20,000 nt of DNA from Catajapyx aquilonaris (Eukaryota), in contig KZ538418.1 of assembly GCA_000934665.2 (NCBI GenBank), positions 53,011 through 73,010 on the forward strand. Direction: 5' to 3'. Below, in pieces: positions 1 to 12,190 of this stretch. The notes under the pieces are model-generated. The model was given only the letters and a program-made list of their open reading frames with translations. It did not search any database and was not told the origin of the DNA. Each line of letters starts with the position of its first letter. Within the stretch, counting starts at the first letter, position 1. A program made the translations under genes and the position numbers.

Positions 1-2610
1 GGAAGTATCGCACCAGACCCACTCTTTTCATCCCCTCTTCTGCTCAACTCACCATCACCGCCCCTCAACTTCTGACTTGGACCCCCGTGAAATATTGCTT
101 CATAAACGGCTGCTAAAGGCAGGCTCGTATAAAGCCCCCCCTTTCAAGCCTTACGAGACACACTGTAAATGTGTGTGCATATAAACAACTGTGTATAAGT
201 GCCAGAAAATAATATGCGACGACTTCGGGTAGCAGCCTAAAATGATGGTGCAACTGTCAATATTGGACACGGCAAAGTTTGGTCTGGATTTGCAGCCACT
301 TTCTGCACGTCATTTGGCGCAATATAAAGCATCGCCCCCTGCAGACTGCCAGATAATAAACCTTCGGACCCCCGCAACAAACTTTTCCTCACTTTTTTTT
401 CTTACATCTTCCTCATTTCTCTCGGATCCATTTTGGTATAGCCACTTGTGCCCTTTTCCTTCTTAATGACCCGACTGCAACTCTGACACTTCGATGAATT
501 CCGACCTCTCTCTTTTTTTGAAATAATATAATAAAAAAGTGGCAGGAATTAAGACCTCCCCCTCTCTCCTGACTTTTCTTCCCCTTTTGGCCCAGGCAGA
601 AAATATTTCCTCCCGAACTTTTTCAATTATCGGGCTTAACTTGTGAAAACCAGCAATACTTTCCCTACTGAGTTGGAGAGGAGGGGGTGGGGGGGTGGGC
701 TTCCTATCGAAAGGTGGCAAACGGCGCCTTTTAGCTTCCCCCTCGGCTGTTTTTTAATCCATCTTCAAGAAGGGGAAAAAAATGATCTTCAAACGGCAAG
801 AATATGAAAAAATAACGACCGGGGACTCACTTCTGATACAGTTGGCTGCCGGCTGACGCAGGGACTCTCACGCCACGTGTAGACAATACCGACTTCATTA
901 TGCAAGATTCTTGCACTTTATGGCCACGCGGGGGGTGGCCCAAGAAAGAAAGACAAAAAAAAAATGGGAAAAGAAAAGAAAGTCGTCCGAAAGCTTATGA
1001 TGAATGCATTTTGGAGTGATAGATGACTTGAGGAATGCAGCAGCGACATTTGATTGTCTACACATGCTAGTCAATGCTGCGTCTGTTCCGTAAGATTCAT
1101 TTGAATCTAGGTGGTCCACAGATGTCCATTGAGCCACCATATATTGATATGAGAGTAGTTGTGTGTACATTGGATTATTAATTATTGAAATTGGCTCGAC
1201 AGGATGGTGTGGGGAGTTCATTTTTGGACCACCTGGTACACAGTGTACAGTATATCTACACAATTCCGATTGCCCCGGCTCTTGTTTGCAGAGATCTTCC
1301 TCCGCTTTCAATTACGGTTTTTATTTGCTCTGCGCTGGCTATATCGTTCCACATCCGACTGACGTTTGCTCAACTCAGAAAAGATGAGCTCTCCAGAAAG
1401 GATAACGTCGCATCTAAACACGACAAGGTAAATATGACCGAGGCTCTTGAAGAGATGCTTCCGAGGGCATATATTATTGCGCATTATTGAAAGTGGGCTT
1501 GCAGACTGTCATGCCATGTGCGTAGTTCGGCATATTATTAAATTTTATTTTTTCAAGTCATGTTGACGTCCGCAGCCGAGGTTCGTGCTGAGAGCCTGCA
1601 TTCTGCATGTGCACAAGGTTAAGCAGTTTCCCAACATAAAATGGGAATGCAGTCATAAACGAGACATGGAAGCATAAGTTTCACACACATTATGGTGATT
1701 ATTTTCTTTACTTTTTGTTAAGAACCTTGACAACGCCTAGAGCAGTAATTATATTTTGATAAAAATTTACTCGGTAATTATTTTTGCATTTTTACGAAGT
1801 GTTAATTAGTAAGAAATATACACGAGGGGGTGGCTAAACTTGAGAAAATAGCTTCTTTTGGTCGCACCCATTGCTCAAGTTGCAGTTACAGCAGCTGGCG
1901 TGTATATGTTGCTGCAAGTGTCACACGCACTTCATGTGCTGCGCATAAGTAGTCAACTGCCATAAAGTGAACAATTGCTGTAATCACTGGAAAATCCAAA
2001 ATACCTAACAAGCTCGTTATATACAGTATATACGTCTTTCCTCAACATGACATCTTTTTCACATCCGTCAATACCACATGCACCTGATTAAATTGCAAGT
2101 AAACACGTAGTGGGAAACAGAAATAGCATAATCCGAGTAGCTATAAAAACCTTAAATAATTTTGTTAATAATAGAATATCAACGACTCTATCTCGAATGG
2201 TTTTTAACGGTTACTGAATGTATATACCGGTACAGTATAAGCTTTCCCAGGAAAGCTGACTCCATTTTCCCCGATTCAGCCAGAAATCATGACACGGCGT
2301 TCCACACTCATCCTCTGGAGTGTTACGAGTGTAACGCAAGCCTGGAGACAAATCCCCCAATATGACCGAAGCGCTGGCAGGCAATAAGAAACAAAAAAAA
2401 TCCCACCGCGGAACTCTATCCCTGTTTTAGGAAGCCCAAGTCAAAACAATCGGGTCGGAAATGGATTTAGGGGAGTCAGCATCATGCAAGCAGCAGGCTT
2501 CGAGAAGAAGGGAAACATGTGCGAGGGGCCCCACGAGGACCCCCACTTCCTGAGACTGCCGCCAATTGAATCCGTCTGCATCTATGTATCCCTAGGGTGT
2601 TTCAACGGAG

Positions 2611-2638
2611 AAAAAAAAAAGGGGGGGGGGGGGGGGNG
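2611..2638. repeat. A10 followed by G16-N-G homopolymer tract
   Basis: Read directly. Similar G/C homopolymers occur at 5702-5713, 5965-5977, 13883-13900 and 16263-16279. Confidence 0.9.
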
Positions 2639-2839
2639 AAAACTGTTGGGGGGAGAATAGAAGAAAGTTGGGCTCATTTCCCGGGCAGCCTATCCTTCCC
2701 TTCTGCAAGCAGAATCATCTTCTCTGCTCCATGTTTGCCTTCGTGTGATTTGGCGTCGGACGCGGCTTATCTGGGCCCAGGCCCTCTGGGGAGACGCTAT
2801 CAAGTCACCTGCACCGCTCTCATTGCTGACGGGGATAAA

Positions 2840-2898
2840 ATGGCGACAACAGCTGATGTAAACCTGCGCAAGATATTCGTCCAACGCGTTTCATTCAA
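2840..2898 (+). CDS. Candidate short first coding exon (MATTADVNLRKIFVQRVSF...), product unknown
   Basis: ATG in a strong AAAATGGCG context within a CpG-rich stretch, followed by a donor-like CAA|GTAATA and then T-rich, AT-rich sequence. No downstream exon chain could be established. Confidence 0.22.
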
Positions 2899-5800
2899 GT
2901 AATACGGCGTGTTTCGACTCAGTGTTCGTTGTAGTTATCTTTGCGTTAGGTTGCTTTGTATTAAGTAATTGTATGTTGCTAAAATCAATTTATATAAGTC
3001 ACTTTTTTAACTATTTTTAAAATACTCTCTGTAGACATGAGACTCTCTCCTGCCAGATTTGAAATAGACTGCTACCGGTATATACGGTGCGTCAAAGTCA
3101 CTTGCATTTGCAAATCCATTTCAATGCCTGATGTGTAATGTTGATCTCCAATATTACAGCTTATAAAATAATACTAATAAGCGGCAATACTAATGCGGAC
3201 AATTCGTTTGGAACACACTGTACAAACGAAGCCTTTTAAAAATATAGCAGCGGAGAACAAGAGTGCTGAGGATGTGGTTGGACACAACAAACTCTTCCGT
3301 TGGACTGCATGTTGAGACGCTGCGTAACAACTGTGTTAGTTTTGCGCAACATGTAGTAAAAGCCGTGCACTATCCATGTACCGAGTGTTTGAGCAAGGTG
3401 CAAAGCCCAAACAAGAGTGTGCAAATGCGGTGTCCAGCAACGTCCCTGCTGTCCACTTGAAGGCCCTGCAAAGTGTTCACTAGCGACACATTTGGACCAC
3501 AGTATGACGCCAAGCCCCATATAACATTCAGGCCCAGGACTTATTTATGCATACGCGTCTCTCTCCAGCTCGCAGGATTAAAATTTGCATAAAACGGTGG
3601 AGGTGTTAAGTGCTCCATCGCTCATCTGATGGAAATTAACTCCATTCCCCAATTATTCCAAGGAGTATAAAAAATCGCAATTGCAAGTGGTGATTTTAGC
3701 CTCCACTTACAAATAAATAATTGCTAGTTTTTTCTCTCTCTCAAAAGTCCTGTAACTGAGTTTGAGACCAGCTTGGCAACGTGGCCTCCCCCACCCCCCT
3801 CCCTCTTCCCCCAAGAGGGTTGAGAGGTGACCTCTGTGTCGACAAGCCATCAGGCAGCCAGGACACTCTGTACTTGAATAATTCACGAGATGTCAGCAGC
3901 AGCGCTCTCCGGGTTTGTTCCGGGGACTCTACCCGGACTCAGGCGCTGACGGCACGTTTGCTTGATGGATGACAGGGGCGGTGGTGGCTGGGAGGTGGGG
4001 GGGAAGTGCTCCCAAAACAGAGAGGGAGTGGGGAGGATGCTCCTCTCCTCGAATTATTAATCCACAAATGTATGACCGTATAATCATGCGGTGCGGAGCC
4101 GTCACCATCACACCGATGTCATCTCCCCTACCCCCATCACAGCACCGCAGACACGGATTTTCAAAGAGCACAGTGCCGTGAATAGCAAGCATAAAAGGTG
4201 TCTTGGTTGGTCCCCCCCACTCTCTGGTCCTAATCGGTGCGCACAATTGATCTTACACCAGATTTGGGGGGGTTCGGAGCCGGCAATTAATAATACTCCA
4301 TGCAGGCATTTTCCTGGCCAGGAATTCAATTGGAGCCGGACATAAAGAGCAGAAACAAGTCCCGCCGCCGGAGTCTTTGTTCTCTAATGAGACGGAGGGG
4401 TCGTGGCCTCTGTCCGTGGGCGACACTCTGGCGACAGGCAGGAATTGGGGAAGGAAGGAACCAGCTAAAGGGGGCCAAGGTGGTGCTCCAGGCACTGGCC
4501 ATAAATCCAGCGGACTTCGTTAGCCGGCATGTCCAGGAGGCACATTTCGTCTTGGTGTGTGTACCATCCCACGCAACACTCGGTTTTACAACCGGACCAA
4601 TCGGCGCTCCATGCAAGAACATAGAGAGGAGCAAAGCACTGGGGCTCCTCAACCTGTTTCAGATGCAGCCTGATAAAACTTGGCCCTTCCAGCCAGACTG
4701 TCACTCCTCCTGGCATCTACTAATAAATAATGGCCTCTTCACGCTAAGCAGACGGGGAGAAAAAACTGCGAGTGTCATCTGATGTAGGTCCTAAATTTTG
4801 TACCGCAAAACAATAAGAGATGCAACAACGCCATCATATTTCGCTAACACTACGGATAAGTACCTGCACGCTCAATAGTGACTAGATTACATGAAGAGTG
4901 TAAGGAGCGTGCTGTGGACATGTTCTGGCTCTCGTCCGCTGGTATTCATCAGAGTTCAGAGGAGAGGGACAGGGCGAGTCAAAACAATAGGCCAATTGAC
5001 TGGAGGAGGCAAAGCAGAAAGTGTGTAACGACAAGCGTCCCGAGCCATTCATATTGCAGCCCCAAGCACCACGTCCTCTCTCTCACCCGACCCTCTCTCT
5101 CTCTCAGTGATAGCTCGGAAAAACAAACACGAGGAGCATTTGTTGCTCCCAAAATCCCGAGGTGGCCTCTGAGGGCGTCCGGGGTCACCTGACACAGACC
5201 AGAACCTCGAGGCTGCCTCCTCTCACCATGGCAAGAGAGCTAGGGGAGAGAAGCAGTGACCCAGTTGACCTCCTCATGCCTTGAATCAGCCAACCAGCAT
5301 CGGGTTGCAGGAAGTTTGTCCCCAGTTCACACAAGCCCCCCATCTCTTTCAGCAGGGTTGCATGTTGGAAAATTAGTCAGTTGAAAATATCTATGTATGT
5401 TTAGGCCAAACATGCTATAAACAAACATCAAAATATTATTTGACATTAAAATGATATGTGCAAACACACTATCGTACAACGTTTTCTATTCAATTTTTTT
5501 TGCATAAAATTTTCATAAATAAAATCTGGGCCACAAGATCCACCTTGACCTTCCAGTTCTCCAAAAGTTTCTGTGCCATGAATAAATCCTATATAGGCAG
5601 CAAGCTTCACCCTGCAGCAGCAGGCTCCTCATTTCGCCTTGCTCATTAGGGAAAGGGAGACAGCAGCTAAATTCTCAGAACATGTGACGACACTCCCAAC
5701 ACCCCCCCCCCCCTGCCTCTCCCAACCCTCCCCCCCTTAAACCTGCCAACCAAATGGCCTGATCGTGTTAAAGGCAGCACAGACATTGCTTCCAGCCTCC

Positions 5801-8785
5801 CAGGCACTCACTTCTCTGTTACAGGATTCATTTTCCAAGTGAGAGGGTGGAAGTTTGCAAGCGGAGTTTTTCTGATGGGAGATGTGCCCCTTTGGCGACC
5901 CGAGGGATTGTGGGTCCATCTGAGAGATGCTAACTACCGTCTTTCCTTTTTTATCTAAAAAGTAGGGGGGGGGGGGGCTTCGCCTCCCCCCAATTATCCC
6001 CCTACCGACAAAAAGAGCAAGCAGCTGTTTCTGCTTGTCTTCCATTAGACGATTAGTTAGCACGGAGATGCTCATAGGCCCAATTGGATAATTGATCGTG
6101 TCTGCTGAGTGGGCCTTAGGCTTCGTGTTCTATACTTTCGCGTACAAAAGCCCCCAGGACACAGCTCTTACTCCAAGACGCGGCCAAGTTGCGGTGGAAT
6201 CGAGTCTAATGGAACCAGCAATCCTAACCCACCCACCTCCCACTCATCACCATCCCTACGAGCAATGAACTGGCTGCTTCTGTTAAATCTTCATTTATAT
6301 AAAGGGTTGTGTTTACAGCGTATATCATCTCGTAGGCCCGATTGAGTCCCCTGGGACAAGGCGAGAAAAGCCAGACTCTACCTGAAGCATCTTGTTTCAA
6401 CAGAAGGGACATTCGCCAGAACAAGTCAGGCCTGTGTTTCTTCCCCTATTTCCCCGCTCTAAAAATTGTTTCCTAAACATGAAGTTAGCAGCCCTCTTTT
6501 TCTACGGCCATCTTTCCACCCGCCTTTCCATCCTCAACCCGCATTAATCACCCCGAGACCCTTCCTTCAATGCATGTTCTCTCCATGTTTGTTTACATTG
6601 CGATTGTCTCCTATTCCCAAACATCTCTGTGTGTATCAATCCGGTCTGTCATCAGACCAGTAATTAACGTGTATGCCCCTCCAACCTGGATACTGATCAT
6701 CCTTCTGAGGTCATCCTCCGAGTCAGACAGACATAAAATATTGGCCCGTGTGTTTTTAAGGAAGGGGCTTGGGAGGAGGTGGGCAGGGCGACGGCGCCTG
6801 CAGCCACACCTAGGGGCAGCACTAGGGGGGCATTAGACTGCCAAGGGGCCAGACAAATGGACTGTCAACCGCGGGAAAACAAAGGCGGAGGTTGGCGGCT
6901 AACGAGTCTGGAGTGGGCCGACTAATGGGCCAGGGAGGCCTAGGCGGGGCGCCACAGACTACGGGACAAAAACGTATAGAAATGCATCTCCTCCGTGTCC
7001 CCCTTGATCCCAATCGGAAGAAGACCTACTCCGGAAAAAGGGCTCCAAAAAAAGAACAGAAAGGTGAGGTGGAGGAGAGGGAGAGTGGGGGCCATCAGGT
7101 TCTCCATCGGGTCTAATGAGCCCGATGCGGCCTTTGTCTTATTCCGGGGGCGCCCCGTCTCGCCTGTCGTCGCAGACAACCATAGTCCGTCTGGAACCGA
7201 TTGGAATTTACCACACCATCTTCCACGGCTCCAAGAGGTGGAGGACCCCTGGCCCCAAATTGCTCCGATCGCCCACCTCGAGGGCTGTTACGGTGAGTAT
7301 GGGCCTATTTAGTGTCAACACAACGGGTTGCGACCCATCAGTATTAACCCCATCACCTAGGGCGGAATCACCTGGTGTCATGTGCAGTGTGGCTGGTATG
7401 CCAGTGATATGTACTGTTCTACTAACTATAGAAAGCAGCAGCTTATGCACTTTCTGTCAGGCCTTGTGCTGGATGTGTTTTCTTAATATCGGTTGATCGA
7501 TGTATCGAGCTTCATTGTCATGTTCGGTCTTCAATGTGGTATATGTAGGCTTATAACATGCTGCATATTTGGCAATATTTCCATTTTCCAACATGTCTTA
7601 ATCCGTGTTCGACCTATCCCAGAGGCTTTTCCAGACAGGAAAATCGCGGCAACACCGTCCCTCCCCCCCCCCCTCTCCACCTCCTTTCCATCTTCCCCTC
7701 CCCGCTTTCCATCCGTCCTCCTCCAGCACCCCAGCAGCAGCCAACAGCTGATAATTAACTTTATGCAAATCGGCTTCTATTAAAACGGAAGGAAATCAGC
7801 GCCTGATGAAAATTTCATTATTTTGAAGCCAGGCAAGCGGCGAATAGGGATGGAGCCAGCAGGGGTAAGGGTATAGAGCAAGAGAGTAGAATTTGTTTTG
7901 ATGAGAGAATTGAGACCTTCAAGATGAGTCGCGTGTCGGAAGAAAAGTGTATGTCTCTCCCTATCCCAACCAATTAATCAGCCAATTTTAATTAGCGCTC
8001 CGATAACATCCTGAGAGGTAGGCCACCCTCGCGCTTTAGACGACTGGTGTGATGCCTATCTGCAGGAGTGCAGGGGCACTAGTTGCTCCCAGGCAAACAA
8101 TTGTCACCAACTCTCCTCTTGAACTGAGGATTGGGCTGGTTTACTAAAGGATCAGTGTAGAAAGTGGCCACACATTCGTCATGTAAAAGTGGGAGGGGGG
8201 TTGCCTTTAACAGGATTGATTGTGACAGCGTGTTGTGGTGCTTGTCGGAACGCTGCAAACTAATAGTGAGAGAGTGACATTGTGAAGCAGTCACATCAAT
8301 TCCGACCTCCCCTCCCCCCTCTTTTGACCACGGAGACACTAGTAGAGTGCAGCTGCTCCGCCCAGACTGCAAAAACTAGGGGGCAGGCGGGGGGGAAAAA
8401 ACGGAAGGCAAAGAAGAGGGGAGGGCCAGCCAAAGTGTGAATAGCAGCTCGACTTTGGGCTTTTATGAAAAGAGCATGGATGTGGCGAGTGAGACATTGT
8501 AAAGCCAGGGTTCTTGGATACGGGAGTCGACCACCCCACCCCCCTTATACCATGCCATCCATCACTACGACCCACCCCCCAATTCTCCCCACCCATGACC
8601 CTCCTCCCCCAGATAAGGCCGGAAACAGCGACCGCCCGCGCTGTGGCTCGCAATTAAATGGGTCCGGCCAGGCTCACGCGGTCAGGGGACTAAGTACAAA
8701 ACCGTGTAAGTGGCCGGGGTTGGCGGCCCGGATGACGAATGACCACCCCCTCCCTCCCACCCATTCCCTACTCTTTGGGACACTC

Positions 8786-8803
8786 TCCTCCTCCTCCTCC
8801 TCC
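8786..8803. repeat. (TCC)6 short trinucleotide repeat
   Basis: Read directly. It explains the poly-S/P/E/R runs in the overlapping spurious ORFs. Confidence 0.85.
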
Positions 8804-11800
8804 TTCCCCCTACTACCAATCCATACCCCTGGACTTGGGGAAGAGTAGGCGACGCATAGTCGCGCTCCACTTGGTCCCCACCCCAACTCCTTCTCTTGTA
8901 ACCCGCAACCCAACCACCCACAGACTTTTCTGGGGTGTGCTCCACATTCATCATTTCCCGCCATTGCCATTAGCCGCACGTATAGCCGATAATCACTCCA
9001 AATGGGACTCCGATCAGCACTCCGGGGGAGGGAAACCCGAGTCTCATCGAAACCCTGCGACATTAATCCTTGTTCTGTCGACACGGGGCCTTTTCAATAA
9101 AAAAAGAGAAAAAAAGAGGATTGCTCCACACATTTTCCAACCTCACACACTTGTTCTGTGCGATCGCTAATTCTCTAAACAAATGCCTGCATAATCCCGA
9201 TATGTCCCACCCGGTGATGCGACTGACAACTGATTGCTGCTGCAGTCCCCCCAAGCAGCGGTCAGCGATGATTTTTTTTTTTAAATACAAATTCTCTTTC
9301 CTAAACACACAAAGTGCGACACTTGCTTAGCACCAATATTTGCACACAATCCATAAGTGATATCATTCAAATTAATTTGCAATACAAGATCTGCAACATG
9401 TGAATCGACATGTGAGAGAAGCAATGTACACATAAGCACACGTCAAATTTAGTATACCTAGTTAGCATAATTTATGTGTCACTTCAAACTTGTTTAAAAA
9501 AGTGAACAAAAGGCACCTTACACAGCATTTCAGTTATCTTACCTATAACTATAACTTACACACTCCATTTACATACCCCCCAGAAAAAATGCCTTCCGGC
9601 TTGTTATCATTACAGGCTGTTAAAGGAGCCAGGTGAAAATTAAATTACTGCAGCAGGTGCCAAGAATGAAAAGAAATGGCTATAAATATTTCACCAATAT
9701 AAAACCATATTTGACTCGATAATTATGAATATCATTATCGCACTAATTAATAAAATGGCCACCTACTTTTATGTCAACAATAAGCTGAAACGTGCACTCA
9801 TTTTAAACAAGCGCAGATCTAAAATGATGTTGCATATTCAAGCAGCCTCGCAGCGCACATACCTTTCTCGCCGCTTCTAACACCGCAAATTAAGCCATTT
9901 TCAAAAAGTATATCATTAAGTTAGATAAAGTACAGCTATAAGTTACAAACCGCCCCAAAAATGGAGGCAAACCAATTACGACACGGCAGTTGGAACCTGC
10001 CGTAGTGTTTTTTTTAATACAAAAAAAGAGAAAAGGCAAGCTGAAGGTGTGATTACGTACCAAATGCGGACAAAAGTCCTTTTCATGCCCAGCGATTACA
10101 CGTGAATAAAGCTGGCGCGTCCGGTGTTGGGACTGGACAAAAGTGGTGGCCACCGGACAAGGAGCCACCTGGAAGATTTCGCAAGAACAAAGCCTCCCTT
10201 GCACATGATGCCTGGGGAAAGACCATGCCCCTAAAATTACGCTCATGTTTCCCGTCACCTTGCAGCCAAAAAAGGACTGTACCTCTTGATGTGACGGCCA
10301 CACTTCCTGCCACTTTTTTTCTCTCAAAATGATAGGAACACATTTTGAAAACTATTATTTCTGGCCCACCCCCATAATGTAGGAGTTGAATGCCCTTCTG
10401 GTCACCTTTTTGCAAGTACCTGTAGCCATGGATATTAAGCCGCCTTCCTGTATATGTCCCATTGGGCAAGCACGCGATCACGGGATGTTCGAAAATATAT
10501 ATATCCAAATCATGGCTGTCCTGTGTATATAAGCTCTCACATGAAATGACATGGGGTTGGCCTCGAAGGAAGAATGTCGCCTGATATACCCTCTGGAATA
10601 AGTTATTGTTTTATTAGAAAAATGGACCACTTATCTGACTGCGATGGAGGGCTCCATTTCCGCTAAAAGTAGTGAAACAACCGCGGTTTTTCTTCGAGTA
10701 ATGCATCAATTTTTCCTATATTCCTCTCTCAAACAACGGCGTACGGTAAATATACGCGCACGATATCCTTGTTTCGGTACTACTTTGCTCGAATTTCAGA
10801 CCGATATCATATGACAGCAGATGGACGTTGCGAAGTTAGGTCCAAATAATGACATCTGAATTGTCCGATACTTTTTTCCCCCCCTTTTACAGTAAGTAGC
10901 TCACATTTGTTCAAAAATGCACGGCAGAACTTGTGGTGCGTAATAGGCCGCGATACTGTCAATTCTTAGGCAAACAATAATGTCTTTGTGTGATAAAATT
11001 TTTAGGCCAAAAATGGTTCGTCCTTTTCTTAAATACCCACAATTTTATGTTGAAAAATTAATTGGTGATCCATAAGAAATTTATTTTAAAATGTCAAATG
11101 CTATAGACAAACTGAGTGTTCGCACGTCACGAAAACAGTTCGGGTCATTTTTAAACATTTAAATACCCTATGCCGTGACGCCTTATCCCAACTCGCTCGA
11201 CACCGGTGAACAAAGTTAGATCGGTACGGGCCCCGTATTATACTCTAGGGCCACTTGAGAGAATAGACGTGAAGGTGGTATGCTTCTGCTGCCTGCTAAC
11301 AGTGTCGCGGTCCGGAAAAGCCTGGTGCGGCGTGGTATCCGGACATGCTAATGAATAGTGACAGCGTCCTAAGTGGCCAGACATCTGATTTATCATGGGT
11401 ATTAGGCAGGCTGGGTTAGGCCTGAAGGATGTCGGACACGGAGTCTGATGAGGTCAGGCCTCCGATGGACGCAGTAAGCAACCCCGGACATAAATCCTCT
11501 CTCTCTTAGCACTGAGCTTCCCTTTCCCTTGCAAGACGAGACCCTGGCAAACAGTGGTCTGTGCAAGCCGAAACCAAACAGCACATTTCCAATTAGCTGG
11601 GCCCCGGATCTCTCCTTCCGGGCTCTTATAGCAGTTTCCTTCCTTCTGATGTCGGATTGCACTCTGCCCCTGGATACACTCAAGTTGTTTTGCCACGATA
11701 CACTGCACACATCTCCAGCACAATACTGTATAAATATGTTGCTGAAATAATATTCTAACTTTATTGTTGTATAGGAACATATGAGTGTAATATGTGCATA

Positions 11801-12124
11801 GGTTTAAAAGTTTGGCAAATGGATCAGTTTCTAATTGAATTGAGGGGAAGTTGTCTGTTTTTTTTGGAACAGAAAAGAGAGGTTTTCCCAAAGTGAGGAA
11901 AGGGAGGTGGAATGGCGATGATCAGATTGGACATCTGCCGTTGGCATCTGCAAAAGCAGAGTTTAATTAACAGGCCCTGTTGATATGCAGCATCCATATT
12001 CACCGGGCGTAATTCCCCCGCAGCACAAAATCACATCGCCCAATGTTCATGAAAATGCATTGTTTACGTTCGAATTGAGCCCAGATTTAATTCAATACAA
12101 GTATTCTTTGGGGCCCGCCAGCCC

Positions 12125-12127
<3 letters not shown>

Positions 12128-12186
<59 letters not shown>
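12128..12186. repeat. (CT)29 microsatellite
   Basis: Perfect CT dinucleotide run of 59 bp, read directly. Confidence 0.98.

Positions 12187-12190
<4 letters not shown>

Noticed and set aside
1163..1387. FIFGPPGTQCT resembling a Walker A motif (GPPGTGKT)
   Set aside because: The invariant GK is absent, no Walker B follows, and the ORF is short.
4300..4782. 160-aa ORF and overlapping antisense ORFs as genes
   Set aside because: No recognisable domain. Multiple overlapping frames on both strands are typical of GC-rich non-coding DNA.
5458..5649. KSYIGS resembling the YIG half of a GIY-YIG (Penelope) endonuclease
   Set aside because: No upstream GIY/VVY equivalent, no downstream R..EH motif, and no adjacent RT.
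5766..8212. TTAA|AGGCA...TGCCT|TTAA as Kolobok-like termini
   Set aside because: Inverted identity inside the TTAA is only 6 of 7 bp before collapsing. 11-bp inverted matches are expected by chance in 20 kb.
11224..11248. Helitron-like 3' end (hairpin TACGG-GCC-CCGTA then CTAG); similar case near 8060-8083
   Set aside because: Stems are short, the CTAG at 11245 is not followed by T, and no matching 5' TC end or Rep/helicase remnant was found.
11445..11520. Hammerhead ribozyme or C/D snoRNA starting at CTGATGA
   Set aside because: No GAAA after a stem II. Box C lacks the leading purine, the terminal stem is weak, and I recognise no rRNA-complementary guide.
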